A stretch of 64,000 nt of DNA from Macrostomum lignano (Eukaryota), in the NCBI GenBank assembly GCA_002269645.1, contig NIVC01003987.1, positions 2,283-66,282 of the forward strand, written 5' to 3'. The notes beneath the pieces are model-generated. The model had not been told where the DNA came from and did no database searches. It saw nothing but the letters and a program-made list of their open reading frames with translations. Both the position numbers and the translations under genes were made by a program. Positions 50,901 through 62,545 of the stretch are shown here, piece after piece. Numbering within the stretch: position 1 is the first letter of the stretch; each line of letters begins with the position of its first letter.

Positions 50901-53664
50901 GGAGTGCATCTCTCTGCAGGTCGGCGCTATTGTCTAACAGGTGATTGAGGCTATTGTCTAACAGGTGATTGGGGCTATTGTCTAACAGGTGATTGGGGCT
51001 ATTGTCTAACATGTGATTGGGGCTATTGTCTAACAGGTGATTGGGGCTATTGTCTAACAGGTGATTGGGGCTATTGTCTAACATGTGATTGGGGCTATTG
51101 TCTAACAGGTGATTGGGGCTATTGTCTAACATGTGATTGGGGCTATTGTCTAACAGGTGGTTGGGGCTATTGTCTAACATTTGGTTGGGGCTATTCTCTA
51201 ACAGGTGATTGGGGCTATTGTCTAACAGGTGGTTGGGGCTATTGTTTAACAGGTGATTGGGGCTATTGTCTAACAGGTGGTTGGGGCTATTGTCTAACAT
51301 TTGGTTGGGGCTATTCTCTAACAGGTGATTGGGGCTATTGTCTAACAGGTGGTTGGGGCTATTGTCTAACATTTGGTTAAGGCTATTCTCTAACAGGTGA
51401 TTGGGGCTATTGTCTAACAGGTGATTGGCACCACTGTCTCTAACAGGTTCGCTAAACCAGCCTCTCACCTCCCCATCAACGCTGACGATGGTCAGCAACT
51501 TAGTGCCGTCCTTGCGAAAGTCAGCAGCCACAATGCCAGCCACAGAGCTGGGAAATTGGTCCTTGAACACGACCTCCCCTGTGCGACAGTTTCTGGCGTC
51601 GATTTTTCCGTTAGACCAGCCGGTGATGAGCTCGGGGACGCCGTCGCTGTCCAGATCAAAAGCGAACACCGCCACCGGTGTGTTCTTTGATTTGATGCGC
51701 CACAGGCGGGTCGATCTGACCGAGAGATAAGGCGGTAATTGCTTAAATTAAACTTGCTCACTACTTAAAAACCCGATTTCTGCTACTTTTAGTAGAGTTC
51801 CGTGAAAAAATTTCTTCGTTAACAAGTCATTACTTGAACATATTCTCGTGAGCAATAATTATGTGTGTGAATACTGAACAGGTGAATAGCAAAATGTGAA
51901 CATTGAATAGCGATATGTAAACAGTGAGTAGCGATATGTGAACAGTGAATAGCGATGTTGAAAAGTGAATAGCGAAATGTGAACAGTGAATAGCGATATG
52001 TAAACAGTGAGTAGCGATATGTGAACAGTGAATAGCGATGTTGAAAAGTGAATAGCGAAATGTGAACAGTGAATAGCGATATGTAAACAGTGAATAGCGA
52101 TAGGTAAACAGTGAATAGCGATATGTAAACAGTGAATAGCGATATGTGAACAGTGAATAGCGATAGGTAAACAGTGAATAGCGATATGTAAACAGTGAAT
52201 AGCGATATGTGAACAGTGAATAGCGATAGGTAAACAGTGAATAGCGATATGGAAACAGTGAATAGCGATATGTAAACAGTGAATAGCGATATGTAAACAG
52301 TGAATAGCGATATGTGAACAGTGAATAGCGATATGTAAACAGTGAATAGCGATATGGAAACAGTGAATAGCGATATGTAAACAGTGAATAGCGATATGTA
52401 AACAGTGAATAGCGATATGTAAACAGTGAATAGCGATATGTAAACAGTGAATAGCGATATGGAAACAGTGAATAGCGATATGTGAACAGTGCATTGCGAT
52501 ATGGAAACAGTGAATAGCGATATGTAAACAGTGAATAGCGATATGGAAACAGTGAATAGCGATATGTAAACAGTGAATAGCGATATGTGAACAGTGCATT
52601 GCGATATCCCGTGAACAGTGAAGCCATCACAACAGAAACTGTGTATCACCTCTCATAGACGCCCACAGTGCCGTTGGCCAGCCCGTAAGCAAACATGGGG
52701 CCCTGAATCGCGCACAGGCAGCTGACTACCTCGGTCTCAGTGATCTCCTGCACAATCTCGTCGTCCTGAAACACTCGAATCTCGTAGTCTTCGCTACCGA
52801 CGAGCAACTCGTTGCCGCCACTGCCAAGAAAGTCACACAGTGACAGGCTGCTCACGTTGTCGCCAGTCACGCTCCAGAAAACGTCGTTTCCCGACCTGGG
52901 AAGGGAGAGGCGGGTCAAGCGCGCAGCTCACTTAGGTCAGAGGACCTGAACTCGATTCTTAGAGTAACGACACTAATCCGTGCCAACGCCAATCCTCGGG
53001 AAAAAATCACTTAATTTCTTGGAAATAGTTTTCAGAGCTTGAGTTTAAAATATTTCCAGACCGTTTCTAAAAATAGCATGGAAAGCCTATCCAGATCACC
53101 AGTCTAGTTTCTAAAAATAGCAAAGGGAATCTCCGTTTCTAAAATTAGCATCGGAAAGCCCCTTTCTAGCCCGAACCTGTCGTATCCAGTCAGCGAGCAG
53201 TTGCCGCCAACCAGCGCCAGCTGCCCGACGCCGGACTGGCGGCCAAGTCTGCCAACGACAATGGCGCTGACACCGTCAGGCGCGTCGCGAAAAAATGCGT
53301 CGGCATTGTTGAGCACATCGTAAGCCAGACAGGAGCCGGCGCTGCCGACCAGCAGTAGGTCCTGCATCGGTGAGGTTGCCGGCTCGCCCAACCGGCCGGC
53401 GGCCAGCGCCGTCACCGCCTGGCCCATGTTCAGCAGCATCACGTCGGCTGCGCCGGCTGCGGCCACCGGCTCCGGGCGGAGGACGCGGCTGCTGGAGCCA
53501 CCGGATTTGGCGCCAGCGCCGGCGCCAGGACCGAGGAGCATGATTCGGCCGGCCGGGGCAGCACAAGCCAGGGTGTCCGAGCGGCCATCGAATCGGCCGA
53601 CAGTCACGCAGCGGGGGATGACCTTCTGCGGCAGGCGCGTCTGGTAGCTTGGCACGACTGGCAT
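47916..53664 (-). CDS. BBS2: Bardet-Biedl syndrome 2 protein (BBSome subunit); exons 53664-53177, 52895-52650, 51715-51469, 50889-50593, 50307-49798, 49388-49117, 48141-47916; about 761 aa
   Basis: Motifs [75 protein letters not shown] and [13 protein letters not shown]. All six GT-AG introns are phase-compatible; exons total 2286 nt. Confidence 0.95.
48170..48725 (+). repeat. 22-bp minisatellite (GGAAATGAGCCCCAATGCAACC)n in BBS2 intron 6
   Basis: About 25 copies. Confidence 0.95.
48802..49100 (+). mobile_element. tRNA-derived SINE family B, longest copy, antisense within BBS2 intron 6
   Basis: tRNA-like head (GTAGCCCAGCGGTCTGG ... GGCTCGATTCC) and blocks shared with 46783 and 60545. Confidence 0.75.
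49495..49782 (+). repeat. 30-bp minisatellite (AGAAATGAGTCAGGAGTAGTCAGCTA....)n in BBS2 intron 5
   Basis: About 9 copies. Confidence 0.9.
50335..50580 (+). repeat. 16-bp minisatellite (TAGGGAATGTGACATG)n in BBS2 intron 4
   Basis: About 15 copies. Confidence 0.9.
50925..51425 (+). repeat. 24-bp minisatellite (GGGGCTATTGTCTAACAGGTGATT)n in BBS2 intron 3
   Basis: About 21 copies; reads DNSPNHLL in the BBS2 frame. Confidence 0.95.
51880..52620 (+). repeat. 21-bp minisatellite (AACAGTGAATAGCGATATGTA)n in BBS2 intron 2
   Basis: About 34 copies. Confidence 0.95.
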
Positions 53665-55970
53665 GGCTGCAGTGGCGGATGAAGTCAAATTTTAGATTTA
53701 AAGTAATTTACTGCTTGATTAAGAATACTTTCTACTCTTTTTAAGACTCATATTTTTAACAAACTCAAAAAGCTACTAAAACTATGTAAATTAAATATAA
53801 AACTATACATAAGCATAATATTTCTTCATACCTTGCTCTATATCATGCCTGTATTGAAATGTATTAATGTAGCTAAAATTGTTATCAAACAGATTTTTAT
53901 TTAAAGAAATAAAAAATTGTCAAGATAAATGATTGATCAATGTTCTACCTTAAAAATGAAACTTTTGCCATATGTTATTGCAGTCTTTAAAAAAGTTTTA
54001 TATTTGAGAGTTGATAATTTAATTTAGAGTGAGAATCCCTAGGTTTTAGGTTTGCAATAAAACTAAAATGGAGAAAAAGTAGTGCGTCAGTATCATTTAC
54101 TTTTAATATTAAATTTTCAGCTGACTAAGTAGCAGAATGGCATAAAAGAAATACAACCTTAACGCATCAGCATTTATAAAAAGTATGAATCATCCTGGTT
54201 TAAATCATGTCCTTGTATCACAATAGAAGAGTATGCTACATTAAGTAATATCTTATCTATAGTGCTTTTTTAACTTAAATACTTTTGTCCTACTAAAAGC
54301 TTAAGAGAGCATCAAAGAATATTTTTTAATAATAAAAACTTTTCTATATTTAAATACAGTTTAGTCATTCCACTAATTAATAGCTTCTAGAATTTTAAAA
54401 AGGTGTACACATGGCATAGAGAATTAGAGATTAATTATTTGATACTCTAATCTAATTATGATTTCATAAATTGTTCGGATATAAAATAAAATAGACTGAA
54501 AGCACAAAAAATTATGCCAGCATTACTTTACTGTTTATAATAATAATATAACATCTGAAAACCAAGTAGGTTTTATATAATCCAACTGTAGAAGCTAGAG
54601 GAAAAGTAATGTATATGACACCCGTAGATACATTATTTCAATAATTTATTGAAATAAAATATTATTTACTAAAGTTTGCGTGTAGAAGGTGTTATCTTTG
54701 AGACGTTTCAGAGGACCCGTTCAAAATAGTAAAGCTCATGCACCTGTGTACTTGTACCTCTAGCTAGAGCTAGACTATAGAGTCTACTGTGCAGGAAAAT
54801 TGTTAAACCAGTAAACCTAGCGATAAATTATATTCGTTAGCAAAATGTTTTAATTCTTTGTTGCTAGTAAAGTCTAAAGTTCATCCAAGGAGCCACTTCG
54901 AACTTTTTAATTTGCCAAATATTTAACGACGAATGCCTGCACCATACTGCATTACTGCCTTCGAGTCCTATGTAGACTAAAACATTGATCATAAATACGA
55001 AACATAATGCACATTAAATATGTTAGACAAAGCATAAATTACATAAAGTAAAAATTGTGAAGAAAACCTGTTTTGTTATTTATGCAACTAAAACTTAATA
55101 GTTTTAATATATTACTGAAATTTGTCAAAAAGCAATAAAGATCAAGGCGTACACTTTGTTTTAATGTTATTTCTTTAAAGTCCGAAATAACAATAAATAT
55201 GCATTCGCATTCGAAAATTACATGTATATCACAAACAACCGCTAGTAGCATAGTAGCTAGCTAACAAGCATGTCCTTGTATATTACTTCAAATATTTTAG
55301 TACAAGCTAAAATTTGGTCTTTTAACATTTCGTGCGAATTACACTGACTCCAGCTTCACGTCTACATTGAATATTAAATGCGTCGGAAAAATATTTTCAT
55401 TGTTTTTAATTTTTTGCAATTACTCTACATGTTCTGGCATTATTCGTCTGAATTTTCCTTATAATTTTCATAGAATGTATATCGTTGTAGTTAGTACAGT
55501 TCAAGTTTTTAGAAACAAACAATAATCCAAAGGAACAGATATGCCTAAAACTTGTTAACGAAATGAATACAGGACAATTTAAGTCAATTGGCAACAACGT
55601 TGTTTAATTCACCGAATTGAAGCAAGTCTAGTTAATATTGCAGTGATAGATACCATTTTAATTATGCTTTAAACAAAAAAAGAAGCTATAATTTGTCATT
55701 TGTGCATTAAATGGAATTCGTTTTCAAACATGATTAGTACTAAACACATATAGGCACTGTTAGGGATACCTTAGTTTTATATGCAATTTTATGAATAATA
55801 AATTTATGAGCTATAGAAACAAAAGCCTTTTGGGGAATAAGTAAAAATTATTTCTACAAATGCCACCATAAAAGCTTAAAAAAGTCTCGTCAATCAAATT
55901 TACTAATCTCAACTTTAAGCGTTCTTGGCCATGCTCTGTAGAACCTAATCTAAGGAAACAAGTCTGCAAG

Positions 55971-58900
55971 TCAAGCGGATGACATGAGCTGAGAAGCTGA
56001 GCTAGTGGCGCCCAGATCCGTGATAAATCCAGCTGCCAGTACAAACTGCAGATACTGCACCAGCAGCACAGCTGACGAGTCAATGAAATACGATTCCTGA
56101 TCGTACAGCTTCAGCGCCGACCGGAGCAGTTTAACAAATTGCGCGCCATACCGGCGCCACATGCTAGCGCCGGCGACCTCAAGCACCGAGTGCAGAGTGG
56201 CGCACGTGAGCAGGTGGCTGTGCCGGCCTGTAGCAGACAGGCGAACCAAGCCGGCTGCCAGGCTCCACATGTGATTCAATGAGAACTCTTTCGGCCGGGA
56301 GAAACTGCCCATCAGAGGGGGAGCGCAGAACAGGGCGGCGTAGAGGCGGCCGAGAGAGCGGCAGCGCATCACTCGATCGTCCAGTTCACGGCCGGCCTCC
56401 CAGTCTGGCGGGGGCGGATGCGGCAGCAGCAGGGGACACTCGGCTAGGAGGAAGCTGAGCAGCATTGGTTGGAAAGCTTTGCTGCATGAGCACAGCATAG
56501 CAGTGGCCATGGCCAGGCTCTGGGCGATGCGCAGGCAGAACAGGTGATCGGCGCCCTCCTCATCCGGCCGCAGCTTGGCCGGCTCGCTGAACTGATCCTC
56601 GGCTTGCATGAGCAGGCACTCGCAGTAGGTGTACATGGCGAACTGCTCCCCGTTTGGCACCGAACGAATGCTGCTGATTTTACGCTGCTGATAAAACGAC
56701 ACGAATGGCTCCATGCTGAATATCTTCAATAGTAGCAGCATCGTCTGGAATAATTCATTCATTGGATGGAATAATATTTTTAATGGGGGCGTTTAACAAG
56801 CTCGAAGCTTCACAAGCTCAGATTTCACAAGCTCGAAGCTTCACAAGCTCGAAGCTTCACAAGCTCGAAGCTTCACAAGCTCGAAACTTCACAAGCTCGA
56901 AGCTTCACAAGCTCGAAGCTTTACAAGCTCGAAGCTTTACAAGCTCGAAGTTTCACAAGCTCGAAGCTTCACAAGCTCGAAGCTTCACAAGCTCAGATTT
57001 CACAAGCTCGAAGCTTCACAAGCTCGAAGCTTCACAAGCTCGAAGCTTCACAAGCTCGAAACTTCACAAGCTCGAAGCTTCACAAGCTCGAAGCTTTACA
57101 AGCTCGAAGCTTTACAAGCTCGAAGTTTCACAAGCTCGAAGCTTCACAAGCTCGAAGCTTCACAAGCTCGAAACTTCACAAGCTCGAAGCTTCACAAGCA
57201 CGAAGCTTTACAAGCTCGAAACTTCACAAGTTCGAATGCGCGAATCAGCAATAGAAGTTTTCATGGCTAAGCGCTTCCGAATTTAAGAGGTTTTTGTTAT
57301 ACTTAGTAAAACAGCTTTCTACTTTCAGTTCAGTAGTAAGGAAGAATACCGTAAGCTATATTATGAAATAAAAGACAGGCAGCTGAACTGACTTTGATAA
57401 GTTTAGAAGCCAAGCTTGCAGATGTAAACAACTTGCTACTGGGGTAGCTGTTATGTACATTAGCCAACGGCGCTGAAATGTACATGGCAAGACAATAAAA
57501 CGGAGGGAGAAATGCAATAAAATTGAATGGCGGGGGTGGGGTAGAGAAAGACGCGGTGCGGTCTAAGGGGTTCAAGCTGAGGCCTGGGGGTAAGAGGGTC
57601 AATAACCGATTCTTGCCCTAAAATACATTAAAATGCTTCTATTAAACTTACTACTGAACTGAAAGTAGCTTACACGCAAATGTTCCGAGTGGCCCAATTA
57701 GTTTTTTGTTATCTGTACCAAGGACTTTTAGTGCTCTTAGTAAAAAATTTCTGGCTAACTTTCTTTTAGAGAATTTGAATTCAGATCCTCACTACTTAAA
57801 GGAGTATATTTAAGTGGCGATCACATTAATGGCAATCCATCTAACCTGCTGCTGACGCTGCCTCATCAGTTGAGGCTCGTCGGAGGCGCAAAACTGGGCT
57901 AAACGATTTTGTAGCGTGGTCTGAATGGCCATTTTGAAGGTCATCAATTCGGGCGTGGCGCCGTTTATCAAGTCGGTCAGCTGGGCGCGCAGAGTTGCAA
58001 GCTTCTCGCGACACTTGCGCCAGCGCCAGCCGCTGTCAGTTGAATTGTTTGCGCCGGGGGCGGACTGGGCGGGTACAGCGGCTGAGGGGGCGGGTACAGC
58101 GGCTGAGGGGCGGGTACAGCGGCTGAGGGGCCGGGTACAGCGGCTGAGGGGGCGGGTACAGCGGCTGAGGGGGCGGGTACAGCGGCTGAGGGGGCGGGTA
58201 CAGCGGCTGAGGGGCTGGGTACAGCGGCTGAGGGGCCGGGTACAGCGGCTGAGGGGGCGGGTACAGCGGCTGAGGGGCCGGGTACAGCGGCTGAGGGGCC
58301 GGGTACAGCGGCTGAGGGGGCGGGTACAGCGGCTGAGGGGCCGGGTACAGCGGCTGAGGGGCCGGGTACAGCGGCTGAGGGGGCGGGTACAGCGGCTGAG
58401 GGGCGGGTACAGCGGCTGAGGGGCCGGGTACAGCGGCTGAGGGGCCGGGTACAGCGGCTGAGGGGGCGGGTACAGCGGCTGAGGGGGCGGACACGGCAGC
58501 TGGCAGAGCGGAAGTGACGTAAACAGCTGGAGGATCATTTCTGCTGTTTGGCTCCTGAAAGCAAATAAAAGCAATAAAATGGATTTAGATGGAAATACGA
58601 GCAATATTCCATAAAATTAAAATGTGACTCAAATCTGTCACTTCTGTAAAAGATAAATCTACAAGCTGCGAAATGACAACTGTGAAAATCTAAGATAACT
58701 GATAATTGACTACACCTGCCCTAATGGCCGAGTGTGCAACCGACAGCTCAGCCGCAGCTATTGCGCGGCGCATCTGAAGGCTGCGTACGGCTGTTCAGTC
58801 CAAGGACTGGGGGGTCGCCACACACACCCTCAATTACCCCAGCTAATGCTGGCGCCCATTTTACAGCTGGGTGAACTGAAGCAATGCAGTTAAGTGTCTT

Positions 58901-61191
58901 GCTCAAGGACACAAATTGTTCCGAGTGGGTCGGGAATCGAACCCGCAACCTTTCAGTTGTGAATCAGACGCTCTGACCACTGGGCTACAGCCCAAGATTC
59001 TTATAAAACTCGATACTGTGACACTATTGTGATATTCTTAAAGAGAAATTCCAGATCCTCAAATATAAACACAGATATTCAAGGGACATCCCAGATCCCG
59101 AGCCAAGCTTCAACTTGGCAATCCCAGAATACCTCAGCTTTGACCTCTCTCGGTGCAGCGGCGGCTGCAGCTTCAGCGGCTGCAGCCTCGGCGGCTGCGG
59201 CTTCAGCGGCTGCAGCCTCGGCGGCTGCGGCTTCAGCGGCTGCGGCTTCAGCGGCTGCAGCCTCGGCGGCTGCGGCTTCGGCTGCTGCAACAGCAGCAGC
59301 TTCAGCGGCGGTGGCGGCAGCTGCAGCGGCTTCATAGAAGCGCCGGGCCTCCCTAAGCTCGCAGTCGGTCAGGCCGGACTGCACAGCTAGGCGGTACAGT
59401 CCCATCCGGGCTTCGCTGAACTGCTCCGACAGGGTGCGCCAACCTTCATCAGTGTCAGCGCCGTCCGGCGGCTGCGGCCGGGCAGGAAGCGACTCCAGCA
59501 GCCGCTTGGCTTCGGACAAGTTGGCTCGGCCGCGCTCAGCCGCCCGACGTTCGGCCGCTTCGGCTGCCTCAATGGCGGCGAGCTCGGGACTTCAGGTGGA
59601 CGAGTGGGGATTATCATTGTGCGGGTTATCGTAAACTTCTGAAATCCCTGATTTCAAAAATCTTAAGTTTAAGGACAGAGCAGCTGACTCAGAGTGCACG
59701 AGTGACGATTAGAAAGTCTGACGATTAGAAAGTCTGAAGATTAGAAAGTCTGACGATTAAGTCTGACGATTAAGTCTGACGATTAGAAAGTCTGACGATT
59801 AAGTCTGACGATTAAGTCTGACGATTAGAAAGTCTGACGATTAGAAAGTCTGACGATTAGAAAGTCTGACGATTAGAAAGTCTGACGATTAAGTCTGACG
59901 ATTAGAAAGTCTGACGATTTGAAAGTCTGACGATTAGAAAGTCTAACGATTAGAAAGTCTGACGATTAGAAAGTCTGACGATTAGAAAGCCTGACGATTA
60001 GAAAGCCTGACAATTAGAAAGTCTGACGATTAGAAAGTCTGACGATTAGAAAGTCTGACGATTAGAAAGTCTGACGATTAAGTCTGACGATTAGAAAGTC
60101 TGACGATTAGAAAGTCTGACGATTAGAAAGTCTGACGATTAGAAAGTCTGACGATTAAGTCTGACGATTAGAAAGTCTGACGATTAGAAAGTCTGACGAT
60201 TAAGTCTGACGATTAGAAAGTCTGACGATTAGAAAGTCTGACGATTAGAAAGCCTGACGATTAGAAAGTCTGACGATTAAGTCTGACGATTAGAAAGTCT
60301 GACGATTAGAAAGTCTGACGATTAGAAAGTCTGACGATTAGAAAGTCTGACGATTAAGTCTGACGATTAGAAAGTCTGACGATTAGAAAGTCTGACGATT
60401 AGAAAGTCTGACGATTAAGTCTGACGATTAGAAAGTCTGACGATTAGAAAGTCTGACGATTAGAAAGCCTGACGATTAGAAAGTCTGACGATTAGAAAGT
60501 CTGACGATTAGAAAGTCTGACGATTATGTCTGACGATAATCGTCAGAAGTGTACATGTGAAGTGTACATGTCCAACGACAAAAAAGTCAAAGCCGCTGTG
60601 TACACTCCTGTGTGAGTGTGCTGTGCGTATCCGCGCGCTCTTGTGCCTGCTCAGGGGAGTCGGCGGAATGGGCAGGAATGCCTCTTGCTTAAAGTGCGCC
60701 ATGGGTTGAGTCCCTCACCAATTCGCCTCGCGCTCATCCACCCGACTGCGTTGAGACGCCGCGGTGGCTGCCGCGGCGGATTTGCTAATCCTGTCAAATT
60801 GTTGCTCAAGCGACTCGCGAATTTCATTGCCAGCCTGCACCCCAGCTCGCATGTGCGTCAGCATCGCCTGCAGTGCGGCGACCTCCGCTTCATCTCGGAG
60901 CAGCTGCAGTGGCGACTGGGGCCGCTCCGCTGTCGCCGCCACCGCTGATGATGCGGATGCTGGCGGCGAAGCGGGTGTCGGCGGCGACGGCGACTTTGGA
61001 GGCGGAGGCGGAGGCTGCGGCTGCTGCTGACGCTGGCGGCAGTGCGCGTAGCCATTGGAGATGCCATATTTTCTGCGAGCGAACTCGGTAGTCTCGGGTG
61101 ACAGCTTCAATGTTTGACGAGAGGCCTGAGCGTCATCTAGGATGCTGTCAATGCTGGGGCACTGACGGCGCTGCTGGCGGTGCTGCGGCTC
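55971..61191 (-). CDS. GLE1: GLE1-like mRNA export factor; probable exons 61191-60719, 59589-59133, 58554-57846 (contains a VNTR with a net 2-nt frameshift), 56744-55971
   Basis: The last exon has SLGRLYAAL..FSLNHMWSLAAGLVRL..TCATLHSVLEVAGASMWRRYGAQFVKLL, matching the GLE1 C-terminal domain. Upstream exons are coiled-coil/Ala-rich. Splice junctions are phase-compatible. The 5' end and exon 3 are uncertain. Confidence 0.7.
56800..57232 (+). repeat. 16-bp minisatellite (CACAAGCTCGAAGCTT)n in GLE1 intron 3
   Basis: About 27 copies. Confidence 0.95.
57319..57668. mobile_element. MITE-like element with 21-bp perfect terminal inverted repeats
   Basis: CTACTTTCAGTTCAGTAGTAA (57319-57339) and TTACTACTGAACTGAAAGTAG (57648-57668). 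No clear TSD. Confidence 0.6.
58070..58490 (+). repeat. 21-bp VNTR (GGTACAGCGGCTGAGGGG[G/C]CG)n inside the putative GLE1 exon 3
   Basis: About 20 copies; encodes SAAVP[A/G]P on the minus strand. Two units are 20 bp. Confidence 0.9.
58697..58993 (-). mobile_element. tRNA-derived CORE-like SINE (family A), near full length
   Basis: The minus strand reads GGGCTGTAGCCCAGTGGTCAGAGCG...GGTTCGATTCCC (A/B boxes), then TGTCCTTGAGCAAGACACTTAAC...CACCCAGCTGTAAAATGGG, resembling the CORE domain. Possible AAGAT TSD. Confidence 0.8.
59708..60535 (+). repeat. 16/12-bp minisatellite (GTCTGACGATTAGAAA)n in GLE1 intron 1
   Basis: About 50 copies. Confidence 0.95.
60545..60705 (+). mobile_element. SINE family B, 5'-truncated copy, antisense in GLE1 intron 1
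   Basis: Shares GAAGTGTACATG, ACACTCCTGTGTGAG, GTATCCGCGCGCT, the 32-nt core and AAGTGCGCCA with the other copies. Confidence 0.75.
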
Positions 61192-62259
61192 CTGGAGTTT
61201 TTATTGCCAGAGATTTTTACTGCCAACTACAATTCGTGCAGCCATGACTACAATAATAACCATAACTGCAGGAGGGCTGTGGTTAGCCTGGCACAAATGC
61301 TTTTGACGACACCGTCCCACAACTAGCGCTGAGTAGGGGTTCAGGAGGGCAATTTTTCAGGGTTCGGGGTTCCAGTATCACTACCCTGAGGCCTGGCCCA
61401 AACATTTTTTCAAACCCCAACCCAAACATTTGAATAGAGATTGTTAAAGATATAACAAAGAGCACTATTGAAACTTTGGTGGCAGCTTAATAAGATTTCA
61501 AAAAGAACATAAAGTCCATAAAGGCCTATATAGGCCTACATATATAATAACTTTTATTTATAAATACAAAAAACAAAGCCTTTTTAGCAAAATTAGAATT
61601 TAAAATGCGAATTAATTTTTTGTTATTGCTATTTTAATGCATTTCTAGACATAAGTTGTAGATAAAAAAGTTATATATAAAAGAAATTGAGGAAAACAAA
61701 AATGGTTTGATTTAAAAGTGCCAAATAATTTTTAGATTAATAAATAATCCATTTATTAACCAATAATTATAAGATAGATAAGGATAATGTGTAGTTTAAC
61801 CTCTTCGGCTCTTCAGGACTTGACCTAAATTTCTATTGTCTCCATTCCAGTCCATATGTCTATCTTTCTGTCTATCTATCTATTTACTATTTACTGTCAG
61901 TTTGTCAGTTGGCCTGTCTATGGATTACTGTCTTTATAAGACAGCACAAGTTTGTTATAAAATGTTAATTAGTTAAGGAGCGTTAAAAAATGTTAACATT
62001 TACCAATAGTGTTAGCGCTAATGGAGTATAATTAGGATTTTTCACAAATCCTAACAAAGGTTAACAAATTTGCTTAAACAGTTTTCTAAATTAATGTTGT
62101 TAAATTGCCCTATTGTCAGTCCTGTCAGAGTGTATTCTACTTATATTTAGTAGCTAAGCTATGCTATTCTCTGTCTTGTGTACATTTTTATTGTTTCTAA
62201 AAAAGAGACATGCACTTAGGCACACAGCTAATGTAGTTGCATAACTTTTTTCTTTCAGA

Positions 62260-62545
62260 TGATAGTCAAACTATATTTCAAAGAGTAGCAAGGCAGAGGT
62301 GGGTGAGGTGGCCAAGGCAGAGGTGGCAGCCAAGGCAGAGGAGGAGATGGTGGAAGAGGTTGAGGAGGAGGCGGGAAAGGTTCCATCCAAAGTAAGTCTG
62401 TATTAATATAAATGTGTATTATACATATATGTATATATATAAATAGCATAAATACTTACAAACAAGCTTTTCTATATTGTAGAGAGGTATTTTGTGTGTA
62501 ACAAATTAGGTCATCTGGCCAAAAATTGTTGGCACAGAAAGAACT
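62260..62545 (+). pseudogene. Decayed spliced RGG-box + CCHC zinc-knuckle coding remnant
   Basis: TTTCAG acceptor, RGG-rich frame with TAG/TGA stops, CCAAA|GTAAGT donor, then TTGTAG|AG acceptor giving in-frame K-R-Y(C)-FVCNKLGHLAKNC. Confidence 0.5.

Noticed and set aside
49789-51675. The 628-aa ORF as the constitutive BBS2 segment
   Set aside because: Canonical GT-AG sites remove both arrays and restore a length and alignment close to known BBS2. Retention is kept only as a hypothesis.
58920-58993. tRNA gene
   Set aside because: A and B boxes are present but the anticodon and acceptor stems do not pair, and the sequence continues into a repeated SINE body.
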